Shown: positions 36,071 through 45,707 of the stretch, one piece after another
Layout of the letters: every line of letters begins with the position of its first letter
Numbering within the stretch: the stretch's first letter is position 1
Assembly (NCBI GenBank): GCA_963815115.1
Contig: CAWFFN010000005.1
Location: 256,001-320,000, forward strand
Reading direction: 5' to 3'
Length of the DNA stretch: 64,000 nt
Source: an uncultured delta proteobacterium
GTDB lineage: Bacteria; Desulfobacterota; Binatia; DP-6
Notes under the pieces: generated by a model
Seen by the model: only the letters and a program-made list of their open reading frames with translations
The model's database searches: none
Told to the model about the DNA's origin: nothing
Position numbers and translations under genes: made by a program

Positions 36071-37618
36071 ATGCCCCGACAGCCGCCGTCCGCCGCGCCG
36101 CTCCTGCCCACCGCGCCGGAATTCCTGCGCCTCCAGGCGGCCCGCCGGGGCGAGGCGGGCGGGCTGGTGTTCCGCGGCCGCGTGCTGCCGTTCGCCGAGC
36201 TCGCGGGCGCGGCCGACGACCTCGCGCGCTGGCTCGCCCGCCACGGCGTCGGCGCGACGTGTCCGGTCGGCCTCCTCGCCGGCAACGAGCCCGGCCTGGT
36301 CGCGGCGCTGTTCGCCATCTGGGGGCTGGGGGCCGTGGCGGTGCCGATCTCGGCGCGCTCCACGGCGGAGGAGGCCGCACGCCTCCTCACCCACGCGCGA
36401 GCCCGGATGCTGATCGCGGACCCGCCGCGGGCCGAGGTGGCGCGTGAGGCCGGGACTGCGGCCGGCGTCACGGCGGTCGTGATCGAGCCGGAGTTGCCCC
36501 TCGATCCCGCGCTGCTCCGGCGCGACGAGCCGGCGCGTGCCGCCACGCCGCGCGCACCGGTGCCGTCTGCGGTCGCTGCCATCGCGTACACCTCGGGCTC
36601 GACCGGCGCGCCCAAGGGCGTCGTGCTGACGCACCAGAATCTGCTGTGGGCGACGCTCGCCTGCGCGCAGGCACGGGGCGACGATGCCGAGGGCGTGGGG
36701 CTCTGCATGAGCCCCCTCACCCACGTTCCCGTCCTGGTGTCGCACCTGCTCTGCCGCGTGCTCCTCGGCGCCCGTGCCGTGCTGCTCGAGAAGTTCGACG
36801 TCGCGGTGGTCCTGGAGGCGGTGGCGCGATTCGCGGTCACCGATCTGCCGCTCATCGGCGGCATGGTCTTCGACGTCGTCGCGCTCGACCGGGTTCCCGA
36901 CGCCGTCCGCCAGGGCGTGCGCAAGGTGAGCGTGGGCGGCGCTCCGACGCCGATGCCATCGAAGGAGGCGCTCGGGGCGCTCTTCGACCACGCGGAGGTG
37001 ATCGAGGCGTACGGCCAGACCGAGTCGACCGACGGCGTGCTCATGGCCCGCGGCCGGAGCATCTTCGAGCGTCCGGGCACGGTCGGGCGGGTGAACCCGT
37101 ACGTCCAGGTCGCCATCCGCCGGCCGGGCGGCGCGCTCGCGGCGCCGGACGAGGAAGGCGAGATCGTCATCGGCGGGCCGACGGTGATGCGCGGCTACCA
37201 CCGTGATCCAGCCGCCACGGCCACCGCCATCCGGGACGGCTGGCTGCACACCGGCGACCTCGGGCGTCGCGACCCCGAAGGCTACTTCTTCGTCACCGGA
37301 CGGGTGAAGGACGTCATCATCACCGGCGGCGAGAACGTGTCGCCGGCCGAGGTCGAGGCGGTGCTGCGCGCCCACCCCGACGTCGCGGACGTTGCCGTGA
37401 TCGGCACCCCGCATCCGCGCTGGGGCGAGCAGGTGACGGCCGTGGTGGTCCGGCGCGATGGCTCGGCGATCGACGGGGAGGCGCTGGGGGCGTTCGTCGG
37501 CATCCACCTCGCGGCGTTCAAGCGGCCGCGGCGCATCGAGTTCGTGCCCGCGCTGCCGCGCAACGCGTACAACAAGGTGCAGACGCACCTGCTGCGCGAG
37601 CAGCTCGGAGGTGCGTGA
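36071..37618 (+). CDS. Acyl-CoA synthetase (AMP-forming)
   Basis: YTSGSTGAPKG, YGQTE, WLHTGD, GRVKD, terminal K in NKV. Confidence 0.93.
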   Translation: MPRQPPSAAPLLPTAPEFLRLQAARRGEAGGLVFRGRVLPFAELAGAADDLARWLARHGVGATCPVGLLAGNEPGLVAALFAIWGLGAVAVPISARSTAEEAARLLTHARARMLIADPPRAEVAREAGTAAGVTAVVIEPELPLDPALLRRDEPARAATPRAPVPSAVAAIAYTSGSTGAPKGVVLTHQNLLWATLACAQARGDDAEGVGLCMSPLTHVPVLVSHLLCRVLLGARAVLLEKFDVAVVLEAVARFAVTDLPLIGGMVFDVVALDRVPDAVRQGVRKVSVGGAPTPMPSKEALGALFDHAEVIEAYGQTESTDGVLMARGRSIFERPGTVGRVNPYVQVAIRRPGGALAAPDEEGEIVIGGPTVMRGYHRDPAATATAIRDGWLHTGDLGRRDPEGYFFVTGRVKDVIITGGENVSPAEVEAVLRAHPDVADVAVIGTPHPRWGEQVTAVVVRRDGSAIDGEALGAFVGIHLAAFKRPRRIEFVPALPRNAYNKVQTHLLREQLGGA

Positions 37619-37938
37619 TGGCGTGGCTGCTGCTCGTCGTCGCGAGCGCATTCGAGGTCGTGATGGCGCTCGGGCTCAAGTGGAGCCAGGGCTTCACCCG
37701 TCTCGGCGGCTCCGTCCTGGCGATCGCCGGCGGCGCGGTCAGCATGGCGCTCCTCGCGATGGCGCTCCGCAGCCTGCCCGTCGGGACCGGCTACGCGGTG
37801 TGGACCGGCCTCGGGGCCGTGTTCACCGCGCTCGTGGGCATGCTCGCGCTGGGCGAGAGCCGGGACGCGCTGCGGCTCGCCGGCATCGCGGCCGTCGTCT
37901 TCGGGGTCGTGTTGCTGCAGCTGTCGGAGCAGCATTGA
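37618..37938 (+). CDS. SMR family small multidrug transporter (SugE/Gdx-like)
   Basis: Four TM helices, membrane Glu13, LPVGTGYAVWTGLG. Confidence 0.9.
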   Translation: MAWLLLVVASAFEVVMALGLKWSQGFTRLGGSVLAIAGGAVSMALLAMALRSLPVGTGYAVWTGLGAVFTALVGMLALGESRDALRLAGIAAVVFGVVLLQLSEQH

Positions 37939-37949
37939 CGGAGGGCCTG

Positions 37950-38777
37950 ATGGAGTACGAGCAGATTCGCTTCGAGGTCGCCGACCAGGTGGCGACGCTC
38001 ACCTTGCACCGCCCCGAGCGCCGCAACGCGTGGACGCGACGCATGGGCGTCGAGATGCGCGACGCCCTCCGGCAGGCCGACGAGCGCGACGACGTGCGCG
38101 CCGTCGTCGTCACCGGCGCGGGGCGCGACTTCTGCGTCGGGGCCGACCTGGAAGGCGGCGGGACGGTGTTCGACGAGGCGCGAGCCACGGAGCAGGAGCG
38201 CGGCGAGCGCCTGTCGCTGCGCGCGTGGGAGGTGCGCAAGCCCGTCATCGCGGCGCTCAACGGCGCGGTCGCCGGCGTCGGGGCCACGCTGCCCCTGCAG
38301 TGGGACATCCGGCTCGCGGGCGAGAGCACGCGCATCACCTTCGTCTTCGTGAAGCGCGGGCTCGTGCCCGAGGCGGCGAGCACCTGGCTCCTGCCCCGGC
38401 TGGTCGGCATGAGCCGTGCGACCGATCTGCTGCTCACCGGACGGCTGGTCTCGGCGCGCGAGGCGCTCGAGATGGGGCTGGTCTCGCGCGTGGTGCCCGA
38501 CGCCGAGCTGCTGCCGGCGGCGCATGCCCTCGCGCGCGAGATCGCGGAGCAGACCGCGCCGGTCGCGGTGGCGCTCACCAAGCAGCTCCTCTGGCACATG
38601 ACCGGCGAGCTCGACCCGGCGGCGGCCGAGCACCTCGACGCGCAGGTCTTCGGCTGGACCACCCAGTCGCCCGACGCCAAGGAGGGCATCCGGGCGTTTC
38701 TCGAGAAGCGTGCGGCGCGCTGGCAGATGAAGCCCACGGCCGACACGCCCCCGCTGGCGCGCTTCCGCAAGCGATGA
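37950..38777 (+). CDS. Enoyl-CoA hydratase-related protein
   Basis: LHRPERRNA, FCVGADL, KPVIAALNG..AGVG, GLVPE. Confidence 0.92.
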   Translation: MEYEQIRFEVADQVATLTLHRPERRNAWTRRMGVEMRDALRQADERDDVRAVVVTGAGRDFCVGADLEGGGTVFDEARATEQERGERLSLRAWEVRKPVIAALNGAVAGVGATLPLQWDIRLAGESTRITFVFVKRGLVPEAASTWLLPRLVGMSRATDLLLTGRLVSAREALEMGLVSRVVPDAELLPAAHALAREIAEQTAPVAVALTKQLLWHMTGELDPAAAEHLDAQVFGWTTQSPDAKEGIRAFLEKRAARWQMKPTADTPPLARFRKR

Positions 38778-40381
38778 AGACGCTGGGCGCGTTCCTCGAC
38801 GCCACGGCCGCGCGCGCGCCCGGGCGCGAGGCGGTGTCGTGGGCCGAGCGCGACACGGTGAGCGAGCGCGCCACCTGGGCCGAGCTGCGCGCCGACAGCC
38901 GGCTCGCCGCGCGCAAGCTGCTCGGGCTCGGGGTCGGCAAGGGGACGCGCGTCGGGCTGCTGTGCCCCAACCGTCCCGAGTGGCTGCCGATCGCGTTCGG
39001 GGCGCTCAGGCTGGGCGCCGTCCTGGTGCCCTTCTCGACCCTCTGGAAGCGCGACGAGATCGCCTACGCCCTGGCACACGGCGACGTCCAGGTGCTGCTC
39101 GCGCGCACCGGGTTCCTGCGGCGAGACTACCTCGCGGACCTGAACGTCCTGTTCCCGGAGCTGGACGACACGGCTCCGGGCCGGCTGGCGAGTGCCGTCG
39201 CCCCTGCGCTGCGGCGCGTGGTGCTCCTGGCGCCGGGCACGCGCCGGCGGGGCGGAACGCGCGGCGCCGAGCGCTGGGACGCGATCTCCCCGGCGGCCGA
39301 CGACGGCTTCCTCGACGCCGTCGAGCGCAGCGTGTCGCCGACCGACGTCGCCACCATCTTCTTCACCTCCGGCACGACGGCGCAGGCGAAGGCCGTCGTG
39401 CACAGCCACGGCGCGCTCACCACCTCGGGCGATCGGGTGGGGGACTGTCTCGGCGTCGGCCCGGAGGATGCCTGGTGGGGCCACATGCCGCTCTTCTGGA
39501 GCGGCGGATTCGTGATCGGCGCGCTCGCCACCATGGCGGGCGGCGGCCGCATCGTGCTCCAGGAGCAGGTCGACGCCGGCAGCGCGCTGGCGCTGCTCGA
39601 GGCCGAGCGCTGCACCATCATGGCCGGCTGGCATCAGGCCGGCCCGTTGCTCGACCACCCCGACTTCGGGCGGCGGCGCCTGGCGCTGAAGAAGGGGTCG
39701 TACCATCCGCTTGCGGAACGCCTTCTCGGTCCCGATCATCTCGCCGTCGGCATGTACGGCATGAGCGAGACGGCCACCTGCGTGGCGTGCGCGCGCTGGG
39801 ACGACCCGCCCGCGGTGCGGCGCGAGACCTTCGGGCGTCCGCTCTCCGGGATGGAGGTCCGCATCGCCGATCCCGACACCGGCCGGTCCGTCGAGCCCGG
39901 AGCGCAGGGCGAGATCCTGGTGAAGGGCCCGACGCTCATGGAGGGGTACTATCGCGTCCCGCGCGCCGAGAGCTTCGACCGCGAAGGCTTCTTCCACACC
40001 GGCGACCAGGGTTGGCTCGACGCCGAGGGCTGCCTGCACTTCGCCGCGCGGCTGAAGGACGTGATCAAGACGGCCGGCGTGAACGTCGCCGCGGTGGAGG
40101 TGGAGGACGCGCTCGCCCGCCACCCAGCCGTGAAGGCGGCGCACGTCGTCGGGGTGCCGCATCCGACCCGCGGCGAGAACGTCGCGGCCTTCGTCGTGCC
40201 GCAGCCGGGCACGTCGCCGGACCCGGAGGCGCTCGCGGAGTTCGTCCGCAGCACGCTGGCCAGCTACAAGGTTCCCCGCCATGTCTTCGTCGTGGACGAG
40301 GCGGCCGTCCCCCGCACCGCAACCGGCAAGATCGAGAAGCCGGCGCTGCGCCGCGAGGCCGAGCGCCGCCTGCAGGAGTGA
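38774..40381 (+). CDS. Acyl-CoA synthetase (AMP-forming)
   Basis: FTSGTTAQAK, YGMSET, FHTGD, RLKD, TGKIEK. Confidence 0.92.
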   Translation: MKTLGAFLDATAARAPGREAVSWAERDTVSERATWAELRADSRLAARKLLGLGVGKGTRVGLLCPNRPEWLPIAFGALRLGAVLVPFSTLWKRDEIAYALAHGDVQVLLARTGFLRRDYLADLNVLFPELDDTAPGRLASAVAPALRRVVLLAPGTRRRGGTRGAERWDAISPAADDGFLDAVERSVSPTDVATIFFTSGTTAQAKAVVHSHGALTTSGDRVGDCLGVGPEDAWWGHMPLFWSGGFVIGALATMAGGGRIVLQEQVDAGSALALLEAERCTIMAGWHQAGPLLDHPDFGRRRLALKKGSYHPLAERLLGPDHLAVGMYGMSETATCVACARWDDPPAVRRETFGRPLSGMEVRIADPDTGRSVEPGAQGEILVKGPTLMEGYYRVPRAESFDREGFFHTGDQGWLDAEGCLHFAARLKDVIKTAGVNVAAVEVEDALARHPAVKAAHVVGVPHPTRGENVAAFVVPQPGTSPDPEALAEFVRSTLASYKVPRHVFVVDEAAVPRTATGKIEKPALRREAERRLQE

Positions 40382-40382
40382 G

Positions 40383-41192
40383 ATGCCGATGCCGCAGTTC
40401 GAGACCATGCTGTTCGACGTGAGCGACCGGGTCGCCACCATCACCCTCAACCGCCCCGACCGCTTGAACGCCATGAACCAGACGCTCAAGGACGAGCTGC
40501 GCGAGTGCTGGCGGCTCGTCAAGAACGATTCCGAGGTGTGGGTGGCGATCGTGACCGGGGCCGGAAAGGCGTTCTCGACCGGCGCCGACGTCGAGGGCCT
40601 GGCGACGGGCGGCTTCACGCGGCCCGACCGCTGGCGCGAGCTGGCGCTCATCGAGGGCATCGTCGACCTCCCGACGCCGCGCCGGCAGCGCGTGTTCAAG
40701 CCGGTCATCGCCGCGGTCAACGGGGCCGTCGCCGGCTTCTCGCTCGACCTCGTCACCGAGGCCGACATCCCGATCGCGTCCGAGCAGGCCTACTTCGTCG
40801 ATCCGCACGTGTCGCTCGGCCTGGTGTCGTCGCACGAGATGGTGAACATGGCCCGCCGGGTGCCGGTCGCCGTCTGCCTCCGCATGGCGCTCCTCGGCAA
40901 GCACGAACGCATGAGCGCGCAGCGCGCCTACGAGGTCGGTCTGGTCACCGAGGTGGTGCCGCACGCGCAGCTCATGGAGCGCGCCCGCGAGCTCGCCGCG
41001 CTGATCTGCCAGAACGCGCCGCTGGCGGTGTGGGGCACGAAGATGGGGATCCTCCAGGGACTCGGGCTGCCGGTCGCGCAGGCGGAGGAGATCGCTGCCG
41101 GCTACCTCGAGGTGAACGAGCAGTCCGACGACTACCACGAGGGACCGCGGGCCTTCGTCGAGAAGCGCCGGCCGGCGTGGAAGGCTCGATGA
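40383..41192 (+). CDS. Enoyl-CoA hydratase/isomerase family protein
   Basis: ITLNRPDRLNA, FSTGAD, KPVIAAVNG, EGPRAFVEKR. Confidence 0.92.
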   Translation: MPMPQFETMLFDVSDRVATITLNRPDRLNAMNQTLKDELRECWRLVKNDSEVWVAIVTGAGKAFSTGADVEGLATGGFTRPDRWRELALIEGIVDLPTPRRQRVFKPVIAAVNGAVAGFSLDLVTEADIPIASEQAYFVDPHVSLGLVSSHEMVNMARRVPVAVCLRMALLGKHERMSAQRAYEVGLVTEVVPHAQLMERARELAALICQNAPLAVWGTKMGILQGLGLPVAQAEEIAAGYLEVNEQSDDYHEGPRAFVEKRRPAWKAR

Positions 41193-42181
41193 TCCGAGCC
41201 GGCGGCCTGCTGCTGCTCGGGCTCGCGCTTCTCGCCTGCCGCCGGGAGCAGGAGGCGCCTCCGAGCGCGGAGGCGCATTCCACGGAGGCGGGTTCAAAGA
41301 CAGCCGCGGCGGCGCGCCCGCTCTCGACCGACATCACGCCGCATCTCACGGCTCTCGCCGGCAACGACGAGGTCCTCGCCGGCGACGCGCAGGAGGCCCT
41401 GGTCGAGCTCGGGCCCGCGGTGGTGCCGGCGCTGATGGCGGCGCTCCCGCAGCAGCCCACGGCCGCGCGAGTGCGCATCGTGCGCGTCCTGGCGCGCATC
41501 CGGAGCGCGGACGCCGTCGAGGTGCTGAACCTGACGGCATCGAAGGACGGCGACCTCGAGGTGCGCGCCGCATCGTTGCGCGCCCTCACGGCGCTCGGCG
41601 ACGAGGGCAGCCGCCAGGTGCTGATCGCGGCGCTGGACGATCCGCTGCCGGCCGTGCGCTGGGCCGCGCTCGCCGCGTGCGCGACCCGCTGCACCACGCC
41701 GGACGCGATCGACAAGATGGCCGCGCTGGCGGTGAACGACCCCGATCTCACGGCCGGGTTGATGGCACGGGCGACGCTCGCGAGGCTGCGCGCCGCTGGC
41801 CACGCCGAGCCCGTGCAGGCGGCCGTGGTGAGGAAGGCGCTCCCCGCGCTCTCCGGAGGCACGCCCGACACGCGAGCGCGAGCCGCGCTGCTGGCCGTCG
41901 ACGGCGGGGATGCCGCCGCGCTGGCGTCGCTGGGCGCGCTGGCGACCGGAGTGTCCCCCGCGCTCCAGCGCCAGGTCGCGTTCGCGCTCGGCAGCGAGGG
42001 AGGCGCCGCGGCCGTCGAGCCGTTGAAGGCCCTGCTCGCGCAGCAGGACGCGGACGTCCAGCTCTACGCCTACGATGCGCTCCGCAAGCTCGGTGACCGC
42101 GGCGTGAGCGGCGCACAGGAGGCGACCGCCGCCTATGCCGGCCCGAAGCCGTGGGCGCCGCTCGCGGCGCCGGACGCGTGA
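41189..42181 (+). CDS. HEAT-repeat lipoprotein
   Basis: Lipobox LLAC; repeated VR..A..AL..LGD units. Confidence 0.8.
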   Translation: MIRAGGLLLLGLALLACRREQEAPPSAEAHSTEAGSKTAAAARPLSTDITPHLTALAGNDEVLAGDAQEALVELGPAVVPALMAALPQQPTAARVRIVRVLARIRSADAVEVLNLTASKDGDLEVRAASLRALTALGDEGSRQVLIAALDDPLPAVRWAALAACATRCTTPDAIDKMAALAVNDPDLTAGLMARATLARLRAAGHAEPVQAAVVRKALPALSGGTPDTRARAALLAVDGGDAAALASLGALATGVSPALQRQVAFALGSEGGAAAVEPLKALLAQQDADVQLYAYDALRKLGDRGVSGAQEATAAYAGPKPWAPLAAPDA

Positions 42182-42262
42182 CGGCGGCGGCGGGATCGCA
42201 TCGCGATCCTGGCGGGACGGGACTACGGCCCGCCCCGCCAGGAGGATCAGAAACTCGGTCGC

Positions 42263-42919
42263 CTAGAGGGTGAGCGTGCCAATCGCAAGGTGGATCGTCT
42301 TGATCCCCTTGCCGGGAAGGGCGGTGAGGCACTGGACGCCGAGGTTGAGAATGTCTTCACCGGTGACCGCGACCGTCGACGGCGTGCCTCCGCCGAACGC
42401 GCTGGGGGCCACGAGGCTCTGACCGCTCAGGGTGAACTGCCCGTACTGCGCCGCGCCGAACCCGCCGCCCGGCATGAACGTCGTACCGGTGATCGTCCCG
42501 TTGGCGGCAGTCGTCGAGCTCACGTCCAGCTTCTGTCCCGAGGCCGCCTTCCACTTCGCGACCAGGTTGCCCGTGATCGTTGCAGGTGCCAGCAGGCCGG
42601 TGCATCCGGCGCCGCCGACCGTGTTGAGCGTGCCCCCGACCGAACCCGACACGATGGTCGGGTTGGCCGGCGCCATCGGATCGGACGGCGTGGCCCCCGT
42701 CACCGCGCACCCGCCGAGCGTGGCCTTGACCTTGATCTGGGCGGTGCCGGTGGACGTGGGCGAGATGGGTGGCTTGATCGAGGCGGTCCCGATGACCGTG
42801 TTGCACGTGACGGTCGCACCCGAGGTGTCGTACGTCACCGTCGCGGCGCCGGCGCCCGCGGGGAGACCGCCGAGGACCAGAGCAACAGCCGTTCCGAATA
42901 GCGCAACCCTGTTCTTCAT
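42263..42919 (-). CDS. Secreted Thr/Gly/Ala-rich hypothetical protein
   Basis: AAGGAG RBS, signal peptide MKNRVALFG...AGA, four Cys. Confidence 0.8.
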   Translation of the reverse strand: MKNRVALFGTAVALVLGGLPAGAGAATVTYDTSGATVTCNTVIGTASIKPPISPTSTGTAQIKVKATLGGCAVTGATPSDPMAPANPTIVSGSVGGTLNTVGGAGCTGLLAPATITGNLVAKWKAASGQKLDVSSTTAANGTITGTTFMPGGGFGAAQYGQFTLSGQSLVAPSAFGGGTPSTVAVTGEDILNLGVQCLTALPGKGIKTIHLAIGTLTL

Positions 42920-43130
42920 GATCGTCTTTCTCCTTCTTCCTTCTTCCTGTTGGGTCGATGTTTCTTCGATGTGACTCGGATCAGGCGACTTCAGCGCCCC
43001 GAGGAAGGCCTCGCCATCCTCCAGCGCGCTCGCCTGGTCCACCGCCGCGCGCGAGACGGCGCCCCGACCGGGAATCACGAGCCTGTTCTTCGCGCGGACT
43101 CTCCCCCTCCTCGAGTGTGGGCTGGTGAAG

Positions 43131-43194
43131 CAAACGACCGTTCGTGTCCATAGCCAAGTCGTCAGCCGAGCGTCAATGGAAATGTTGTTGACGC
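43131..43194 (-). promoter_or_regulatory. Promoter of the secreted protein with PsrA-like site and upstream inverted repeat
   Basis: Minus strand TTGACG-N18-TATGGA then CGAAC-GGTC-GTTTG; GCGTCAA-N11-TTGACGC at 43170-43194. Confidence 0.5.
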
Positions 43195-43207
43195 GTCGCG
43201 CGACTTT

Positions 43208-43663
43208 TCAGGGCGTCCGGGATGCCCGACGCCGTGTGGCCGCCCACGACCCGGGTGTGACGCCATCGACGCGCACCTGACGGACCGCGAACAGCCAGCT
43301 CCCGCCGCTGAGCGCATAGCGGTCGCGATAGCGCCCCCAGTGATCGGGCCCTTCCTCGGTGACGACCAGGAAGTAGCTCGATCCCGTGGCGCTCTCGACA
43401 CCCGAGACGTCGATGCGCAGGCTCGATACGTGATGTCGAATGGATCGCGCCGCCGGCGATTCACGCGCGCTGGATCGGGTGTCGGCGAGGAAATCGAGGA
43501 TGGCCTGCCGGCCACGCAACGGCTCGCGGCCGTCGATCTCGAGGAGGCCCGTCTCCGCGAACAGGGCGACCAGCTCGTCGAAACGCCCACCGTCGGCGTG
43601 ATGTGCGTAGCGCGCGACCAGCTCGCGGATCTCCTCGCGCGCCGCCAGCTCCCAGGGCTCCAT
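43208..43663 (-). CDS. SnoaL-like / NTF2 family protein
   Basis: REEIRELVARYAH..D, GRQAI, RHHVS, GRYRD. Confidence 0.85.
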   Translation of the reverse strand: MEPWELAAREEIRELVARYAHHADGGRFDELVALFAETGLLEIDGREPLRGRQAILDFLADTRSSARESPAARSIRHHVSSLRIDVSGVESATGSSYFLVVTEEGPDHWGRYRDRYALSGGSWLFAVRQVRVDGVTPGSWAATRRRASRTP

Positions 43664-43671
43664 CGCGGGTC

Positions 43672-44296
43672 TCAGCCTCCGCCGAGCTCCGCGAGCACGG
43701 CGTCAGAGGACGTGACGGTGGCGAGCAACGGCATGATGTTGTCCACGGAGAAGCGGTGCCACTCGTCCGGGTAGCTGGCGCAGCAATCCTCGATCACGAC
43801 GACGTCGAAGCCGCGGTTCACCGAGGCGCGCACGATGCCCTCGACCGCCAGGTTGGTCGACACCCCGGTCATGAGCAGCGTGGTGCGGCCGAGCTGGCGC
43901 AGCACGGGGTAGAGCTGCGTGCCGTACGAGCCGTCGATGCCGACGGTGCGCTCGAGCACGAAGTCCTGCGGCTGCGGCGTCAGCGCCTCGTGGACCTGCA
44001 CGCCCCAGGTCCCCTCGATCAGCCGGGGCTTCGAGCCACCCAGCCGGTGGAGGCGCGTGTTCGGGCGGGGAAAGCCGGGCTTGCCGCAGAAGTTGATGTA
44101 CAGCACCGGCACGCCGCGGGCGCGCGCGGCGGCCGTCAGCGCGCGCAGCTTGGCGATGATGCCGCGCTTCTCGACCTGGATGGCCAGCACGCCGCCGAGC
44201 CCCCGCTCGCCGATGTTCGACTCGTGGACGATGTCGTTCTGCATCTCGACGAGGCAGAGTGCGGCCCGATCGATGGGCAGAGCTAGATCGGCCACG
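43672..44296 (-). CDS. Isochorismatase/cysteine hydrolase family protein
   Basis: ALCLVEMQND, GTWG, TGVSTNLAVE, IEDCC; the usual Asp/Lys/Cys triad appears substituted (E/R/A); start approximate. Confidence 0.8.
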
Positions 44297-44441
44297 GTGC
44301 GCTCCCGCGCGCGGGCGCTTCGTCCCGTCTCGCCGCCATGCCTCCCTGCGGTAGTGAGTCGGGGGTCGGGCGTCAAGACGCGAGCCGCCGCGGGCTTGAC
44401 CCCGAGGGCGCCCCGTTGCTACCGCCCGTGATCACCGCCGC

Positions 44442-45707
44442 ATGCACTGGCCCCCGAGCACCGACGACGTGACCCGCCTCGCAGAGACGCTGCGCTGGGT
44501 CGTGCAGCATTCTCCCTACTATCGGCGGCTGCTCGCCGCGGCGGGCGGTGACGTCGGGGACATCCGCACGTACGACGACTTTCGCCGCCGCGTCCCGCGC
44601 ACCGCGAAGGCCGACCTGGTGGAGAACCAGCGCACGCATCCGCCCTTCGGAGAGTTCCTCGCCGTGCCGCGGGCGCAATTCGGCTCGCTGCACACGTCGC
44701 CGGGGCCGATCCTGATCCCGCGTCTCGCCTCCGAGCGCGGCGGGACGCCGGTGCTGGCGGCGTCGATCCGTGCCATGGGCGTGCGCCCGGGCGACGTCGC
44801 ACACGTCACGCTGTCCTACCACATCATGCCGGGAGGCCTCCGCCTCCACCGCGCCTTCGAGGAGGCGGGCTGCCTCGTGCTGAACGGCGGCACCGGCAAC
44901 AGTCGCCTCCAGGTGGAGCTGGCGCGGGCCTGGGGAGCGACGGTCTACGCCGGCACGCCGAGCTTCCTCGCCAACCTCGGCGACACCGCGCGCGAGCTCG
45001 GGCTCGATCCGCGGCGCGACCTGTCGTACCGCGTCGGCTTCTCGACCGCCGAGGCGCTCACCCCGGCGCTGCGCCGCGATCTCGAGGACACCTTCGGGAT
45101 CGAGCTCTTCGATCACTGCGGCGAGGCACAGATCGGGCCGCTCGCCGGCGAATGCCGGGTGCACGACGGGATGCACGTGCACGCCGCCGACCTGTTCTGC
45201 GAGTTTCTCGATCCGGAGTCGGGCGAGCCGGTGGAAGCGGGCGGGACGGGCGAGCTGGTCGCGACGCAGCTCGGAGCGCGAGCGCTGCCCCTCGTGCGAT
45301 ATGCGCCCGGCGACGTCTTCCGCCTTCTGCCAGGCGCGTGCCCGTGCGGCGATCCGGCGCCGCGCGTGGTGTTCGTCGGCCAGGTCGGTGCCATCCGCAA
45401 GATCAAGGGCGTCCTGGTACACCCGGCGCAGGTGCATCGCGCGCTGTCCGCGATGCCCGACGTCGCGCGATTCCAGATCGTCGTCGACCACCCGGAAGGC
45501 GAGCGCTACGACCGCGCCGTGCTCCGCGTCGGGCTCACGTCGCGGCCCGACGACCCTGGCGCGTTCGCGCGGGCGGTCGCCGAGCGGGTGAAGGCGGCCG
45601 TCCTCGTCGGGATGGACGTGGAGCTGGTCGGGGCGGACGATCTGCCCGAGGGCGCGGCGCCGCCGCGCTTCGCCGACGTGATGGTGGATCGGCGGAGGAA
45701 GTCGTGA
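44442..45707 (+). CDS. Phenylacetate--CoA ligase-like protein (divergent P-loop)
   Basis: SPYY, HPPFG, GTPSF, GELV.T, PLVRY..GD, CPCG, KIKG; HTSPG replaces SSGTTG. Confidence 0.85.
   Translation: MHWPPSTDDVTRLAETLRWVVQHSPYYRRLLAAAGGDVGDIRTYDDFRRRVPRTAKADLVENQRTHPPFGEFLAVPRAQFGSLHTSPGPILIPRLASERGGTPVLAASIRAMGVRPGDVAHVTLSYHIMPGGLRLHRAFEEAGCLVLNGGTGNSRLQVELARAWGATVYAGTPSFLANLGDTARELGLDPRRDLSYRVGFSTAEALTPALRRDLEDTFGIELFDHCGEAQIGPLAGECRVHDGMHVHAADLFCEFLDPESGEPVEAGGTGELVATQLGARALPLVRYAPGDVFRLLPGACPCGDPAPRVVFVGQVGAIRKIKGVLVHPAQVHRALSAMPDVARFQIVVDHPEGERYDRAVLRVGLTSRPDDPGAFARAVAERVKAAVLVGMDVELVGADDLPEGAAPPRFADVMVDRRRKS

Noticed and set aside
31948-37170. 1740-aa minus-strand ORF, and similar long ORFs such as 56870-60694, 37823-40768 and 45506-47914
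   Set aside because: Antisense shadows of real genes in high-GC DNA. Only the mtgA region is coding on that strand, and in a different frame.
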